This document shows, piece after piece, positions 15,855-25,068 of a DNA stretch of 32,000 bases. Position 1 is the first letter of the stretch, and each line of letters starts with the position of its first letter. The notes beneath the pieces were generated by a model that searched no databases, was not told the DNA's origin, and saw nothing but the letters and a program-made list of their open reading frames with translations. The DNA is from Acaryochloris marina S15 (GTDB lineage Bacteria > Cyanobacteriota > Cyanobacteriia > Thermosynechococcales > Thermosynechococcaceae), in contig NZ_CP064923.1 of the NCBI RefSeq assembly GCF_018336915.1, positions 570,001 through 602,000 on the forward strand, in the 5' to 3' direction. The translations under genes and the position numbers were made by a program.

Positions 15855-16086
15855 ATTACCTGCTGAGGACGGTGCTAGCTGAAGAGAATTGCCAGCAATG
15901 ATTGGCTCTCGATCCAGCGTAGCGCTTTATCAGGAACTTAAGGGTTGAAGGCTCCATAAAAGTCCCTGTAGCATCATTTACGGGGTGCATAGATGGTCTG
16001 AAGTTAGGGTTGGTCTCTACATCCATCTTGGAAGTATTATCCCCCAACCGCCTCTGGACCCCATATAACTGGGCATCCTAGGATTA

Positions 16087-17262
16087 GTGCGCGATCAAAA
16101 TGATTTGAACTCTCTAGATAACCGTTGTCATTCTCAGACCCTCAATCACTGTGTGGCTGTGGGGGTGGCGGCTTTACTGGTCAGCTGTCAATCTACACCC
16201 CAAACCTCACCGAATCTGCTCGAAAGCCCTGCTTTTTCTCAGCCTTCTTTGGCCGCGTCCATTGCCCAAGATTCTGTATTGGTTCCAGAGCAGTATTTGC
16301 AGCGGTATCAACATATTCCTGATGCAGAGGCATGGCGGCAAGATCTCTACGAACGAAAAGATTTTGCCAAGATTGAAACACGGGTCAACGAGTATTTACG
16401 GGCCGAAAGACAGGACGAGCATAAGTCTGGCTTTTTGATACGTCTGTATAGGACCCTTGGCAAATTTCCCAATCCCAAAAATGAATATACGTCCCAAGAC
16501 AAGCAAGATTATCTCCATCAAACAGCTGTTTTGCAGGAATGGATGGCCGCTTACCCGACCTCCCATATTCCTTATCTGATTCAGGGAGAATTGCATGTAA
16601 ACTACGCCTGGAAATTCCGAACGGGGCAAGTCGCTCGTAAGGTCACGGAAGAAGGATGGCAGTTATTTCACTACTACCTCCAAGAAGCAGCCGGTGATTT
16701 TAGCGTCGCTAGTCAACTCAATCCGAATGATCCGAATATTTGGAACGAACTCCTGCACCTGGCTGCTAGAACAAACCTAGATCCCTACACCCCAGAGTAT
16801 TTCTTTGAACAAGGCCTGAACGCGAATCCCTCCCATTTAGGACTGCATACGACTTATCTGCAGACCCTATATCCCCAATGGGGGGGGAGCCAGAAAAAAA
16901 TGTTGGCATTTGCCAGAGCAGCGTACAAGAAGGGACAAGCTACCCAAAAGCCGATGCTGGGCAATGTTCTGCTTTTGGCAGCCCGAGAAATAGATCGGGA
17001 TGATGCTGTTCATCCGATCACCTGGTCAGAAATACAAACGGTCTATCAAGATATTTTTGCCCAATATCCTGATTACCTCCGCATGAGGTATTACTATGCC
17101 CATGATGCATTAGAGAGAGAAAAATTCGATGTAGCGATCCAGCAATTTGAAATCATTGGCGATCGGTGGACGACAAATACCCTTTGGGACGATCTCAATG
17201 AATTCCACCGTTCTCGTGTCTATGTCTACTTCAAAGAGGCGGTTCAACTGTATAAGCTATAG
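16087..17262 (+). pseudogene. 5' portion (391 codons) of a helical-repeat lipoprotein gene truncated by IS insertion (possibly DUF4034-like)
   Basis: Lipobox AALLVSC is near the N-terminus. The ORF ends ...EAVQLYKL, and its TAG stop (17260-17262) is the first three bases of the IS630-like element. Removing the IS plus one TA continues the frame into 19937-20209. Confidence 0.8.
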
Positions 17263-17378
17263 ATCTTCAGAAAAGCATCCGTGGTTTTAGCGACACTACA
17301 TCTTCATTAAATATAGTAACTAGCTCCTGATACTCTTAGCTCTGGCAAGGATTTCAAGATTATCAGAGGTCATCCAGT

Positions 17379-17527
17379 ATGCTCGCACAATTCAAACTGC
17401 GCTTTACCCAATCAACACGCAAAAAGATTGAAGCTAAACTGCGCCAGGCATACGGGAGTCAGAATTTACGTCTGGTCAAACGTATTAGTGCTTTATTGCA
17501 GCTTGGTCAAGGTGGTTCAGTGGCACA
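17379..17527 (+). pseudogene. IS630-family transposase, N-terminal fragment (codons 1-49) cut by the nested IS
   Basis: It reads MLAQFKLRFTQSTRKKIEAKLRQAYGSQNLRLVKRISALLQLGQGGSVA, then runs into the inverted repeat of the inserted element. Confidence 0.8.
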
Positions 17528-18959
17528 CAGCAATTGTAAATTCAAAATTTTGGCAAGCTAGGTTGTAGTCGTTGAGGATGTATTCATACACTTGCAGAGC
17601 CCCAGACGATGAATGAAGGTGTTCTAAATTTCCCTCTCTTACTGCACTGGCTACATCAGCTCATTGAGCACCTCGATGATCCACGTCAACCCAGTAATGG
17701 CACCAAATTTAGTCTCAAAGATATTGTATTAGGCGCATTTGCTGTCTTCTTTATGCAATGTCCTTCGTTTCTGGAGTACCAACGCCATGTTCATAGTCGT
17801 CATGGTCGTGACAACGCCCAAGCCCTCTTTGAGTTAACAGAACTCCCCACGAGCAACCAAATCAAGAATGTTTTGGACTTGATCGCATTTCGTCTTCTGT
17901 TTCCCATTTTTTATCAAATTTATAGCGTTCTCCTACGACGAGGTTATCTAGAGCAATATAAGGTTCTAGGTGGACACCTGTTGGTAGGGCTAGACGGCAG
18001 CGAGTATTTTTCCTCAAACCGGATTTGTTGCGATCAGTGTTCTACCAAAACCCATCGGGATGGGAGTGTCACCTATACGCACACCGCCGTGTTGCCCGTC
18101 CTCGTTTGTCCGGAAATTGAACATGTCATTTCTCTGGCCCCAGAGTTCATTCGTCCTCAAGATGGTGCGGAGAAACAGGATAGTGAAACCGCTGCGGCCA
18201 AACGGTGGATCAAGGGGCATGCTCAAGGGTTTGACGGAGCCAAGATTACGGTTCTTGGCGATGACCTCTATAGCCGTCAACCGATGGTGGAGACTTGTTT
18301 AGAGGATGAGTTGAACTTCATTTTTGTCTGTTTGCCCTCCTCCCATCCAGAGCTATATGAATGGGTAGAGTATTTAGAAGGTATTGGAGATGTTGAGCAT
18401 CTAGAGACTCGGGGCTGGAACGGTCGCTATCATGAAATTTGTCAGTATCGCTATTACAATCGCATCCCCCTGCGTGAGGAGCTACCAGCAGTGATGGTCA
18501 ACTGGTGCGAAGTCTCTGTTACTCGTGCTGCTGATGGAAAGACTATGTATCACAACGCGTTCATTACTCACCATTTCATCAATGACCAAAGTGTGGCCGA
18601 GATTGTCAGTGCTGGACGTGCCCGATGGAAAGCGGAGAATGAAGGACACAATGTCCTCAAAACCAAGGGCTATCACTTAGAACATAATTTTGGTCATGGT
18701 CAGAAGAACCTTGCTGCTGTGCTATTGGTACTCAACCTGTTGGCATTCTTATTTCATACCGTCTTGCACTTGGTGGACTCCACTTATCAACGCATGCGAA
18801 AGCAACGGGGAACCCGACAAGGCTTTTTTCACGATATTCAGACTTTGACCAAATACTTGCTCTTTGAGAGTTGGGAGCATTTGCTCCAGTTTATGTTGGA
18901 TGATCCAGAGCCTCGAATAGCAGCCGATACCTCATGAAATATTGAATTTACAATTGCTG
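17528..18959 (+). mobile_element. 1432-bp DDE insertion sequence (IS4-superfamily-like) nested in the IS630 transposase gene
   Basis: Perfect 18-bp terminal inverted repeats, CAGCAATTGTAAATTCAA (17528-17545) and TTGAATTTACAATTGCTG (18942-18959), extend to 22/24. A 9-bp direct target duplication AGTGGCACA is at 17519-17527 and 18960-18968. Confidence 0.9.
17609..18937 (+). CDS. DDE transposase of the nested IS (apparently intact)
   Basis: 442-aa ORF filling the element. Candidate catalytic contexts are LLVGLDGSEYF, VLGDDLY and GRARWKAENEGHNVLK (an RW.xEN-type E motif). I cannot assign the exact IS family without a search. Confidence 0.8.
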   Translation: MNEGVLNFPLLLHWLHQLIEHLDDPRQPSNGTKFSLKDIVLGAFAVFFMQCPSFLEYQRHVHSRHGRDNAQALFELTELPTSNQIKNVLDLIAFRLLFPIFYQIYSVLLRRGYLEQYKVLGGHLLVGLDGSEYFSSNRICCDQCSTKTHRDGSVTYTHTAVLPVLVCPEIEHVISLAPEFIRPQDGAEKQDSETAAAKRWIKGHAQGFDGAKITVLGDDLYSRQPMVETCLEDELNFIFVCLPSSHPELYEWVEYLEGIGDVEHLETRGWNGRYHEICQYRYYNRIPLREELPAVMVNWCEVSVTRAADGKTMYHNAFITHHFINDQSVAEIVSAGRARWKAENEGHNVLKTKGYHLEHNFGHGQKNLAAVLLVLNLLAFLFHTVLHLVDSTYQRMRKQRGTRQGFFHDIQTLTKYLLFESWEHLLQFMLDDPEPRIAADTS

Positions 18960-18968
18960 AGTGGCACA

Positions 18969-19905
18969 GGTAGCTGAAACATTGGCACTAGGCGAACAAA
19001 CGATCAGGGATTATCTGCATGCATTTCTAAAACGAGGTATCGCTAGCTTTAGATACAAAGCGTCTCAAGGACGTCGCAGCAAACTCACTCCACGGCAACG
19101 ACAACAGCTCAAGTCATGGATTAAAGCAGGTCCGCTCAAAGCTGGATACGAGTGTGGTTGTTGGAGTGCATTAATGGTTCAAGACCTGATTGCGAAACGC
19201 TTCAATGTTTCCTATCATCCCCATTATGTGAGTACTCTACTGAGGAACTTAGGCTTTTCATTTCAAAGAGCACGGTTTGTTGCAGCTCATCTCAATGAAG
19301 CCAAGCGACAAGAATGGATGACACACAAATGGCCTGAGATTTTGCGTTTATCAGCAGCCAAAGATGCCCTAATTTTATTTGGGGATGAGGCCAGTTTTGC
19401 GCAGTGGGGGTCGTTAAGCTACACCTGGAGTCTTCGTGGAGACCAGCCAACATTGCCCACCAGTGGTAAACGGAAGGCTTACAAGGTGTTTGGATTAATT
19501 GATTATCATTCTGGTCAGTTCTTCTATCAAGGTCAGACGGGACGCTTCAATTCTGAAGGGTATACTGCTTTTCTAACTCAAGTACTCCAGCAGACTCACA
19601 AGCATATTATTCTCATTCAGGACGGGGCTAGATATCACACCAGTAAAGCAACTAAGCAGTTCTTTGACCAGCAATCCGCTCGCCTTACTCCTTTCCAATT
19701 ACCCACATATTCTCCTGACTTCAACCCAATTGAATTCTTGTGGAAGAAACTCAAAAAACGCAGCACACACCTACGGTTCTTCAAGCAATTTGATGACTTA
19801 GTTCAGCAGGTCGATGAGGGGCTACTGTACTTTAGTCAGACTCCCAATGAAATTACTGTCTTAATGGGCAAATATTGCAAAACCTTGGGTACACAAGCTG
19901 CCTAG
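18969..19905 (+). pseudogene. IS630-family transposase, C-terminal portion (resumes in frame after the nested IS and its duplication)
   Basis: Joining 17527 to 18969 restores ...GGSVAQVAETLALGEQTIRDYL..., a 361-codon ORF (149 + 937 = 1086 nt) with an HTH N-terminus and a DDE core. Confidence 0.8.
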
Positions 19906-19936
19906 CTAATCACGGATCTTTATCTGTAGATCTATA

Positions 19937-20209
19937 GCGACTCAGCAACATTATCAGGGGAATGAAAGCAAGGAGCAAGAGCTAGGCGCTGAATCTGAGA
20001 AAATGGTCTTGAAGGCGATTGAATTATGGCCTCAAGCCCCAGGATATCTATTCTTAGCTGGAATTTATGGGAATATCTACAAAGATATTCCTCAAGCCAT
20101 TGATTTTGCCCATCAAGCTTTGGCTCTAAACCCCTCCCCATCTGAACGGGAGTATGCAGAAGATTTTATTCAGAAAGCGCAAGGTCTTCTGGCAACCCAG
20201 CGTCGATAG
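19937..20209 (+). pseudogene. 3' portion (91 codons) of the IS-disrupted lipoprotein gene (TPR-like C-terminus)
   Basis: The region 19937-20002 is open and in frame with the tracked ORF 20003-20209 and with 16087-17259. It reads ATQQHYQGNESKEQELGAESEKMVLKAIELWPQAPGYLFLAGIYGNIYKDIPQAIDFAHQALALNPSP.... Confidence 0.75.
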
Positions 20210-20313
20210 GTCACGCTGACTTGCTGAGCTATCGGTTGGTCACGAGGGGAAGGGCCAGCTCTTGCAGGTGAAGACTGAATAGAAAACGATTAGCAGGAGT
20301 GCACGAGTAAATA

Positions 20314-22641
20314 TCACCGGGTTCTTTGGCCAAGGGAGACTAAGACATTCAGCTTCCATAAGGGAACCCCTGCTCTCTGGGCGGCGGCTTCACGACTATA
20401 CCCTCGACGGAGTAGTTTAATCGCGTCTTGAGTTTTATTCCAGGTTGACCCATTGAGCACAATCTTACGGTTTTGGCGGGCCACCACTAACCCACGGGTG
20501 ACCAACTGAGCTTCCTTCAGGGCAGCCTGGGAATATTTTGGCTTAGCACTACTCCTGACCGCTACGGGAGGACGAGGTTGAGAAGGACGACTGACCACAG
20601 GCTTGCTTACAGGTCGACGGGGACGAGTCGCCCTAGGTGGGGTTTGTCGGGCGGGTAGCGGAGGCAGAGGATTTTGCCGTAGCACTGCAGGTTCTGGAGA
20701 GAATGGGGGAGGGTATGCAGCGATAAAAGGCAAGGGTGGTGCCGGTTTGACTTTTGCGGCTTGTTTGGGCTTAACCTGGGCAACGGGCGGTTTGGGTCTG
20801 TTGGTCGGCGCTTTGGCAACCGTGCCCCCAATCGCCACGGTTTGTAGCACTTGTTTGCCATTCAGGTCGGTGGCTTGCAGGGTAATTGCCCCTGGCTGTT
20901 GGGGGTTGAGCTGGTACTTCATCGAGCCTGATGCGGGTATTTTGCCGGGGCTAGGCAAAATTGCAACGCTGGGATTATTGCCACCCTCTACTTTCCAAGT
21001 TAACTTCACATGATCTTGGCCTGGCTTTAAAACAAATTGTGCAGGTGCTTTTTGACCATTGATTAGAAAGCTGGCAATTCTTAGATTTTTAGCCTGTACG
21101 TTCATCGGCCCAATAGTTTTGGACAGGGTGAAAGGTTGCTGCTCTTGTTGGTAAGACGCGGTGATCTTGAAAAAATATTGTCCGGGTTTGCGAGCAGCCG
21201 TTGGTACCTTTTGACAGGTCAACGTAGGCGTAAAGCGACAATATTTGGTCAGGGTATCAGGAAGCTTGCCATTGACTAATTGATACCGTTGTAACAAAGC
21301 CGCCTCGGCATTGTTAGCGTCGACGGTCATAATCTGTAACTCTGTCAGTTGGCTAGGGTTGGCAATTTCCCAGTTCAGCTGAATCGGGCCAGATGGAGCG
21401 GAGGCCACGGGACCTGAAGTCGATGTGTTGGCCCTAGAGGCTGGTGCATAAAAGCGGGTAATAAGCGGTACAGCATTGGGTTTGAAGGCAATTAGACTAG
21501 TGATTTGGGTTGCCATCGGCTCGCTGGCATTGTCACTCGAAAAAGCCTGTACCTTGAACTGGTATTGGCCTGGATTGGTCGTCCCTGTTGTAATGCCAGT
21601 ACATTTTAAAGCGCCAGTTTCGGGCTGATCAGATTGACAGAAATTGGAGTTTTGACTGGGGGTGCTCCGCTGTAATTCTTTCGGAATCCCCTCATCAAAT
21701 CGGAAAGTCTTGGCCACTTCAGATTGGCCTTGGTATTCCCGAAGAATCACTAACTTTGCAAGCTTCTGGCTATTCTTGATGGTCCAGCTGAGCTGAATAT
21801 CTTTTTGTCCGGTTTGGGGGACAACCGTTTGACTGGAGCGGAGGGCTGCGATGGCAGGGTCAGTGGGTTGACGCCAGAGGAACTGCCACAACAGAGCAGA
21901 AGATGTGCCTAAAGCCAAGAGTAACAGCCCGAGAAGTTTGAGGCCGTGGGAGCGAGGATATGGCTGCCATACTACCCCTGCTTGGGCTAGTAATTGCGGT
22001 AGCGGGATGCCATTGGTATCTTGCAAATCCACTTGGAATTGGAATTTGCGGCCCTTCCCGAGCCATGGTCTGAGCCACCACCGTCGAGGCTGAACTATGA
22101 GGTCCACCTTGCCTGTCTGATCAGGACCCAGATCGAGTTGGAGAGGCTCGGCCTTGAAGGTCAGGCCATTCCGAGCAGGCAATCCTTTAGGCTGCACCGT
22201 CAAAACTCTTTCAAATCGAGACGTATTGGTAATCAATAGTTGGTATACACCAACGCCATCCTTAATAAAGGTCAGATCTGGCGTGAGCATGATGTCAATA
22301 TCATCTGCCACTAGAAATTGCAGATACACTTGGTCTTCCCAGAGAATCTCCCCCTCTGAAGAGACTAGTTGCAGCTTAAGCTGATGCTGGCCAATGGCGG
22401 CAACTTCAGTGGGGTGAATTAACACCTCGATTTGATTGTGATGGCCCTGTTCGGCACTCATGGCGGGTGCACCTAGGGTGTAGCAGTCTGAGGATAATTG
22501 ACTTCCCTTAAGCTGATAGTCTCGCCCCTGACTTGCAATATTTTCTACGGTGATGGTGATCAGTAGCTTGGTGCCTAACTTGAGTGCATAGGGCTGATCT
22601 ACTGCCGTAACCGGTGCAATCGTAACCTTAGGGGAAGTCAT
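20314..22641 (-). CDS. Large single-pass membrane protein with repeated beta-sandwich-like modules, a Pro/Lys/Arg-rich linker and a small helical C-terminal domain (unknown function)
   Basis: 775-aa ORF. It has one hydrophobic segment (LKLLGLLLLALGTSSALLWQFLW), three internally similar modules, a PKPPVAQVKPKQAAKVKPAPPLP...PRPPVA tract and the C-terminus LLRRGYSREAAAQRAGVPLWKLNVLVSLGQ. Confidence 0.75.
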   Translation of the reverse strand: MTSPKVTIAPVTAVDQPYALKLGTKLLITITVENIASQGRDYQLKGSQLSSDCYTLGAPAMSAEQGHHNQIEVLIHPTEVAAIGQHQLKLQLVSSEGEILWEDQVYLQFLVADDIDIMLTPDLTFIKDGVGVYQLLITNTSRFERVLTVQPKGLPARNGLTFKAEPLQLDLGPDQTGKVDLIVQPRRWWLRPWLGKGRKFQFQVDLQDTNGIPLPQLLAQAGVVWQPYPRSHGLKLLGLLLLALGTSSALLWQFLWRQPTDPAIAALRSSQTVVPQTGQKDIQLSWTIKNSQKLAKLVILREYQGQSEVAKTFRFDEGIPKELQRSTPSQNSNFCQSDQPETGALKCTGITTGTTNPGQYQFKVQAFSSDNASEPMATQITSLIAFKPNAVPLITRFYAPASRANTSTSGPVASAPSGPIQLNWEIANPSQLTELQIMTVDANNAEAALLQRYQLVNGKLPDTLTKYCRFTPTLTCQKVPTAARKPGQYFFKITASYQQEQQPFTLSKTIGPMNVQAKNLRIASFLINGQKAPAQFVLKPGQDHVKLTWKVEGGNNPSVAILPSPGKIPASGSMKYQLNPQQPGAITLQATDLNGKQVLQTVAIGGTVAKAPTNRPKPPVAQVKPKQAAKVKPAPPLPFIAAYPPPFSPEPAVLRQNPLPPLPARQTPPRATRPRRPVSKPVVSRPSQPRPPVAVRSSAKPKYSQAALKEAQLVTRGLVVARQNRKIVLNGSTWNKTQDAIKLLRRGYSREAAAQRAGVPLWKLNVLVSLGQRTR

Positions 22642-23037
22642 GGGTGAGTCTCTTCGCAGAATTAGAAAGGGGTGTTCGTCAACCTAATAAGTTGAGCAAA
22701 GTCTATAGAAACTTTAATGACACTTGTAGAAGAAAAGCAAACTGCATTCATTGAAATCACTGGTTGAATACAGGGTAGCGTTTCGGTAAAAAAATGGTGT
22801 TTGCAGACGGGCTTAAGTAATGCCAAATTTATTGAATGGTGGTCTGCTGTGGGTCTACTTCACTCGCCTTGATATTACCGTAAGGGAGATGGACCTGTCA
22901 GCCGTAGGATCTAGTGTAGAAGGCACTTAAACTATGAACTTTAATTATGTTAATCAAGGAATAAAGCCAGGATTGATGTTCAAGACATTCTAAATGCTTG
23001 TCCTGGATCTATAGAGTCAAACTTCAAGGGATATGGG

Positions 23038-23070
23038 CACAAAAAACAGTGGGTAAGAAAACTCACCCAC
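23038..23070 (-). terminator. Rho-independent terminator downstream of psbI (distal)
   Basis: On the minus strand, GTGGGTGAG-TTTT-CTTACCCAC (9-bp stem with one mismatch, 23049-23070) is followed by TGTTTTTTGTG. Confidence 0.65.
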
Positions 23071-23093
23071 CGACATCACACAAAAGATAATCT

Positions 23094-23116
23094 TAAAAGA
23101 AAAGCCAATATTGGCT
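23094..23116 (-). terminator. Possible weak proximal terminator after psbI
   Basis: On the minus strand, AGCCA-ATAT-TGGCT (23103-23116) is followed by TTTTCTTTT. It starts 14 nt after the psbI stop. The stem is short. Confidence 0.4.
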
Positions 23117-23129
23117 GGAATATAACGAT

Positions 23130-23237
23130 CTACTTGCTGGAAGGATTACGAGTGGTGTCACTCGAAATGAAACCAAAGAAGAACAGGGAAATAACGAAAA
23201 TAATCCAAGCGTAGGTAACGAATTTGAGGATTGCCAT
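23130..23237 (-). CDS. psbI: Photosystem II reaction centre protein I
   Basis: I translated the minus strand by hand: MAILKFVTYAWIIFVISLFFFGFISSDTTRNPSSK*. It matches the PsbI pattern (M.TLKI.VY.VV.FF..LF.FGFLS.DP.RNP.RK). It is below the 60-aa cut-off of the ORF track. Confidence 0.85.
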   Translation of the reverse strand: MAILKFVTYAWIIFVISLFFFGFISSDTTRNPSSK

Positions 23238-23290
23238 AGGAACCTATATTACCGGTAGAATAGACAGCAATTAAAACTTAATCTTTATTA

Positions 23291-24898
23291 TCATATCGAA
23301 TTCCTGCCATCTAATCGAGTCAAAACTTTTTGAAAATAAGACTGAATAGAAGGCTGCAGCCGCTTCCATGCCCACCCCAAGGCGCTTTCAAGCCAGGCAG
23401 TGATGCGATCTAACCCAGCTAGAATTCGTTCTAAAGGGTGTTTTTCATAGCCCACCATCACGGCATCTACTTCAATTTCGATGGAGCCATCTTGGGTATA
23501 GATTGTTGCTGGAGAGGCAGTCGTTTCTAACTGCTGGGATACTTCAGTAGCCAAGATCGGAGACCCAGGGATTGATGCTGTTGTATTTGCTGGCGAAGCT
23601 GTAGGTATTTTTTCGCTATACAGGTCAGCCCAGGATAGCGTTGAGAACGCTTCGTTGGGTGAGGGGGCAGACTGTTGTGGGGCTTGAGCTGCGGGCTGGC
23701 CTTGGGTGGGTTGAGGTCGTCCCAATAAGGCCGCCATTGCTGATCGTAAGGTACTGGGAATCCAGGTTGCAGCATACCGGACTGGATGTTCAGGGGGCTG
23801 TCCGCCTAAAGTCGGGTCTTGACTGAGAATGCTAAGGCTAGGCTGAAGTTGAGACTGCTGCTGTTTCCAATGTTGAACGACATAGTCCGACAGGTCCGTG
23901 GCGGTAGGTCCCATGACTTCCCAAGAGGTGGTCTCCCAAGATGAGATCGCACCGTCTAACATCTCAATGGCATCTTGGGTCAGTTTCGGGGTCAGCTGAT
24001 CCAAGGTCGCTGCCAATCCCTGGGGTAAGGATAACGGTAGCGGGTATGAGGCTTCATCTCCTGGCAAGGCCAAGGCTTCCTGAAATAAATTGGCTTTTGC
24101 CGCCATGGGCCCTGTTTGCATCCAGGCCATAGCTTTGCGGAAGGCTCTAACGGGAGGCAGCATTTGCGATCGCGTTTTTGGCATCGGCAACTGCCGGAAG
24201 TCTGTTTTCGCAAGGTGCTGGAAATCTTTGCTGAGTCGCTCTTGTCGTCGATAATTGGCTAACTCCCACGTCATCAGCTTGTGCAATTCTCGTTGCTGGG
24301 CAGGGGTAAGAACATCGATGGCCTCATTATCAGGCGTCACCAGGGATACATGGGTCGATTGCAAATCACAGGCAATCCCCTGAATTTTGACCGCTGGTTC
24401 TGAGGTAATGCCTAACCAACGAGTGGCTTTGTTGTGGAGAGGATTTCGCTCTGCCCAGCGTTGTATCCACTTCTGATACCGGACTCGAATCGTCGGACGT
24501 CGGTGAGAGAGGCCTTCAATCTGAACAGAAAATTGAGGTTCTTCAGCCCATGCGTCGTCTTCTGCGTCTTCGTCCAGTTCAGATTCGAGGGTATCAATTT
24601 GAATAGCCGCTAGTACATTGCGAATGGGGCCATCTGCATTGCTCGCAAGGCTATCTTGACTCGGATCGGTAACAGCCTTCAGCAGTCGCTGGCCCTGTAC
24701 ATCTCCCTGACGGAGGGCTTGTTGGGTAAAGCGGGAAACTTGAAATAATAAATAGATAGGGTACAACCCCATCTGCATCCCCCAGAGGCTGGTGACTTTA
24801 GCCTGGCGTAAATTCCGTTGCCATTGCTCCGTCAACTCGCGGGACTGTTGGAGGATGAGATTAAATAATCGACTCTGGTAACGGCTTTCCGCTGTCAT
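23291..24898 (-). CDS. Hypothetical protein (535 aa), unknown function
   Basis: A long ORF with ordinary composition. It has an acidic patch (ELDEDAEDDAWAEEPQF) and a Q/P/A-rich low-complexity segment near the C-terminal third. I recognise no family motif. Confidence 0.7.
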   Translation of the reverse strand: MTAESRYQSRLFNLILQQSRELTEQWQRNLRQAKVTSLWGMQMGLYPIYLLFQVSRFTQQALRQGDVQGQRLLKAVTDPSQDSLASNADGPIRNVLAAIQIDTLESELDEDAEDDAWAEEPQFSVQIEGLSHRRPTIRVRYQKWIQRWAERNPLHNKATRWLGITSEPAVKIQGIACDLQSTHVSLVTPDNEAIDVLTPAQQRELHKLMTWELANYRRQERLSKDFQHLAKTDFRQLPMPKTRSQMLPPVRAFRKAMAWMQTGPMAAKANLFQEALALPGDEASYPLPLSLPQGLAATLDQLTPKLTQDAIEMLDGAISSWETTSWEVMGPTATDLSDYVVQHWKQQQSQLQPSLSILSQDPTLGGQPPEHPVRYAATWIPSTLRSAMAALLGRPQPTQGQPAAQAPQQSAPSPNEAFSTLSWADLYSEKIPTASPANTTASIPGSPILATEVSQQLETTASPATIYTQDGSIEIEVDAVMVGYEKHPLERILAGLDRITAWLESALGWAWKRLQPSIQSYFQKVLTRLDGRNSI

Positions 24899-25068
24899 AA
24901 TTTCAGTGAAATCCTTACTCTCGCCAGGGAGGGTTGCCCACTTATTGTAAGCTCCAATGTTTCTCTCTCTGGTGTAGGCAATCTCTTAATGAATTAACGT
25001 CATATTCATAGAGATGAACCAGAGAAGACCATTGAGGTAGTATCTGTGTGGTCCCCCTAGGAATCGCT

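Larger units (their letters stand above)
17260..19934 (+). mobile_element. IS630-like insertion sequence (about 1234 bp without its passenger), itself interrupted by a second IS
   Basis: Terminal inverted repeats are TAGATCTTCAGAAAAGCATCCGTGGTT (17260->) and the reverse complement of 19934<-, TAGATCTACAGATAAAGATCCGTGATT (22/27 match). A TA duplication flanks them (17258-17259 and 19935-19936), as expected for IS630/Tc1-mariner. It encodes a DDE transposase with DEASF, IQDGARYH and NPIEFLW motifs. Confidence 0.85.

Noticed and set aside
15856-16047. 63-aa minus-strand ORF immediately upstream of pepN
   Set aside because: It has no recognisable motif and an odd composition, and it lies in the divergent promoter region between pepN and the 16087 gene. 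It is likely non-coding.
17379-17561. 60-aa ORF as an independent small gene
   Set aside because: It is the N-terminal 49 codons of the IS630 transposase reading through into the inverted repeat of the nested IS. The last 11 codons are IS-end sequence.
20003-20209. 68-aa TPR-like ORF as an independent gene, and the antisense ORF 19932-20141
   Set aside because: It is in frame and open with 19937 onward, and after IS removal with 16087-17259. It is the orphaned 3' end of the disrupted gene. The antisense ORF is a shadow.
20603-21013. Gly/Arg-rich plus-strand ORF and other ORFs (20607-20861, 21860-22081, 21905-22093, 22021-22239, 22154-22384) overlapping the 775-aa gene
   Set aside because: They are antisense or alternative-frame artefacts. 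The Gly/Arg-rich plus-strand ORF lies opposite the Pro/Lys/Arg-rich tract of the long minus-strand CDS. That CDS has coherent domain structure over 2.3 kb.
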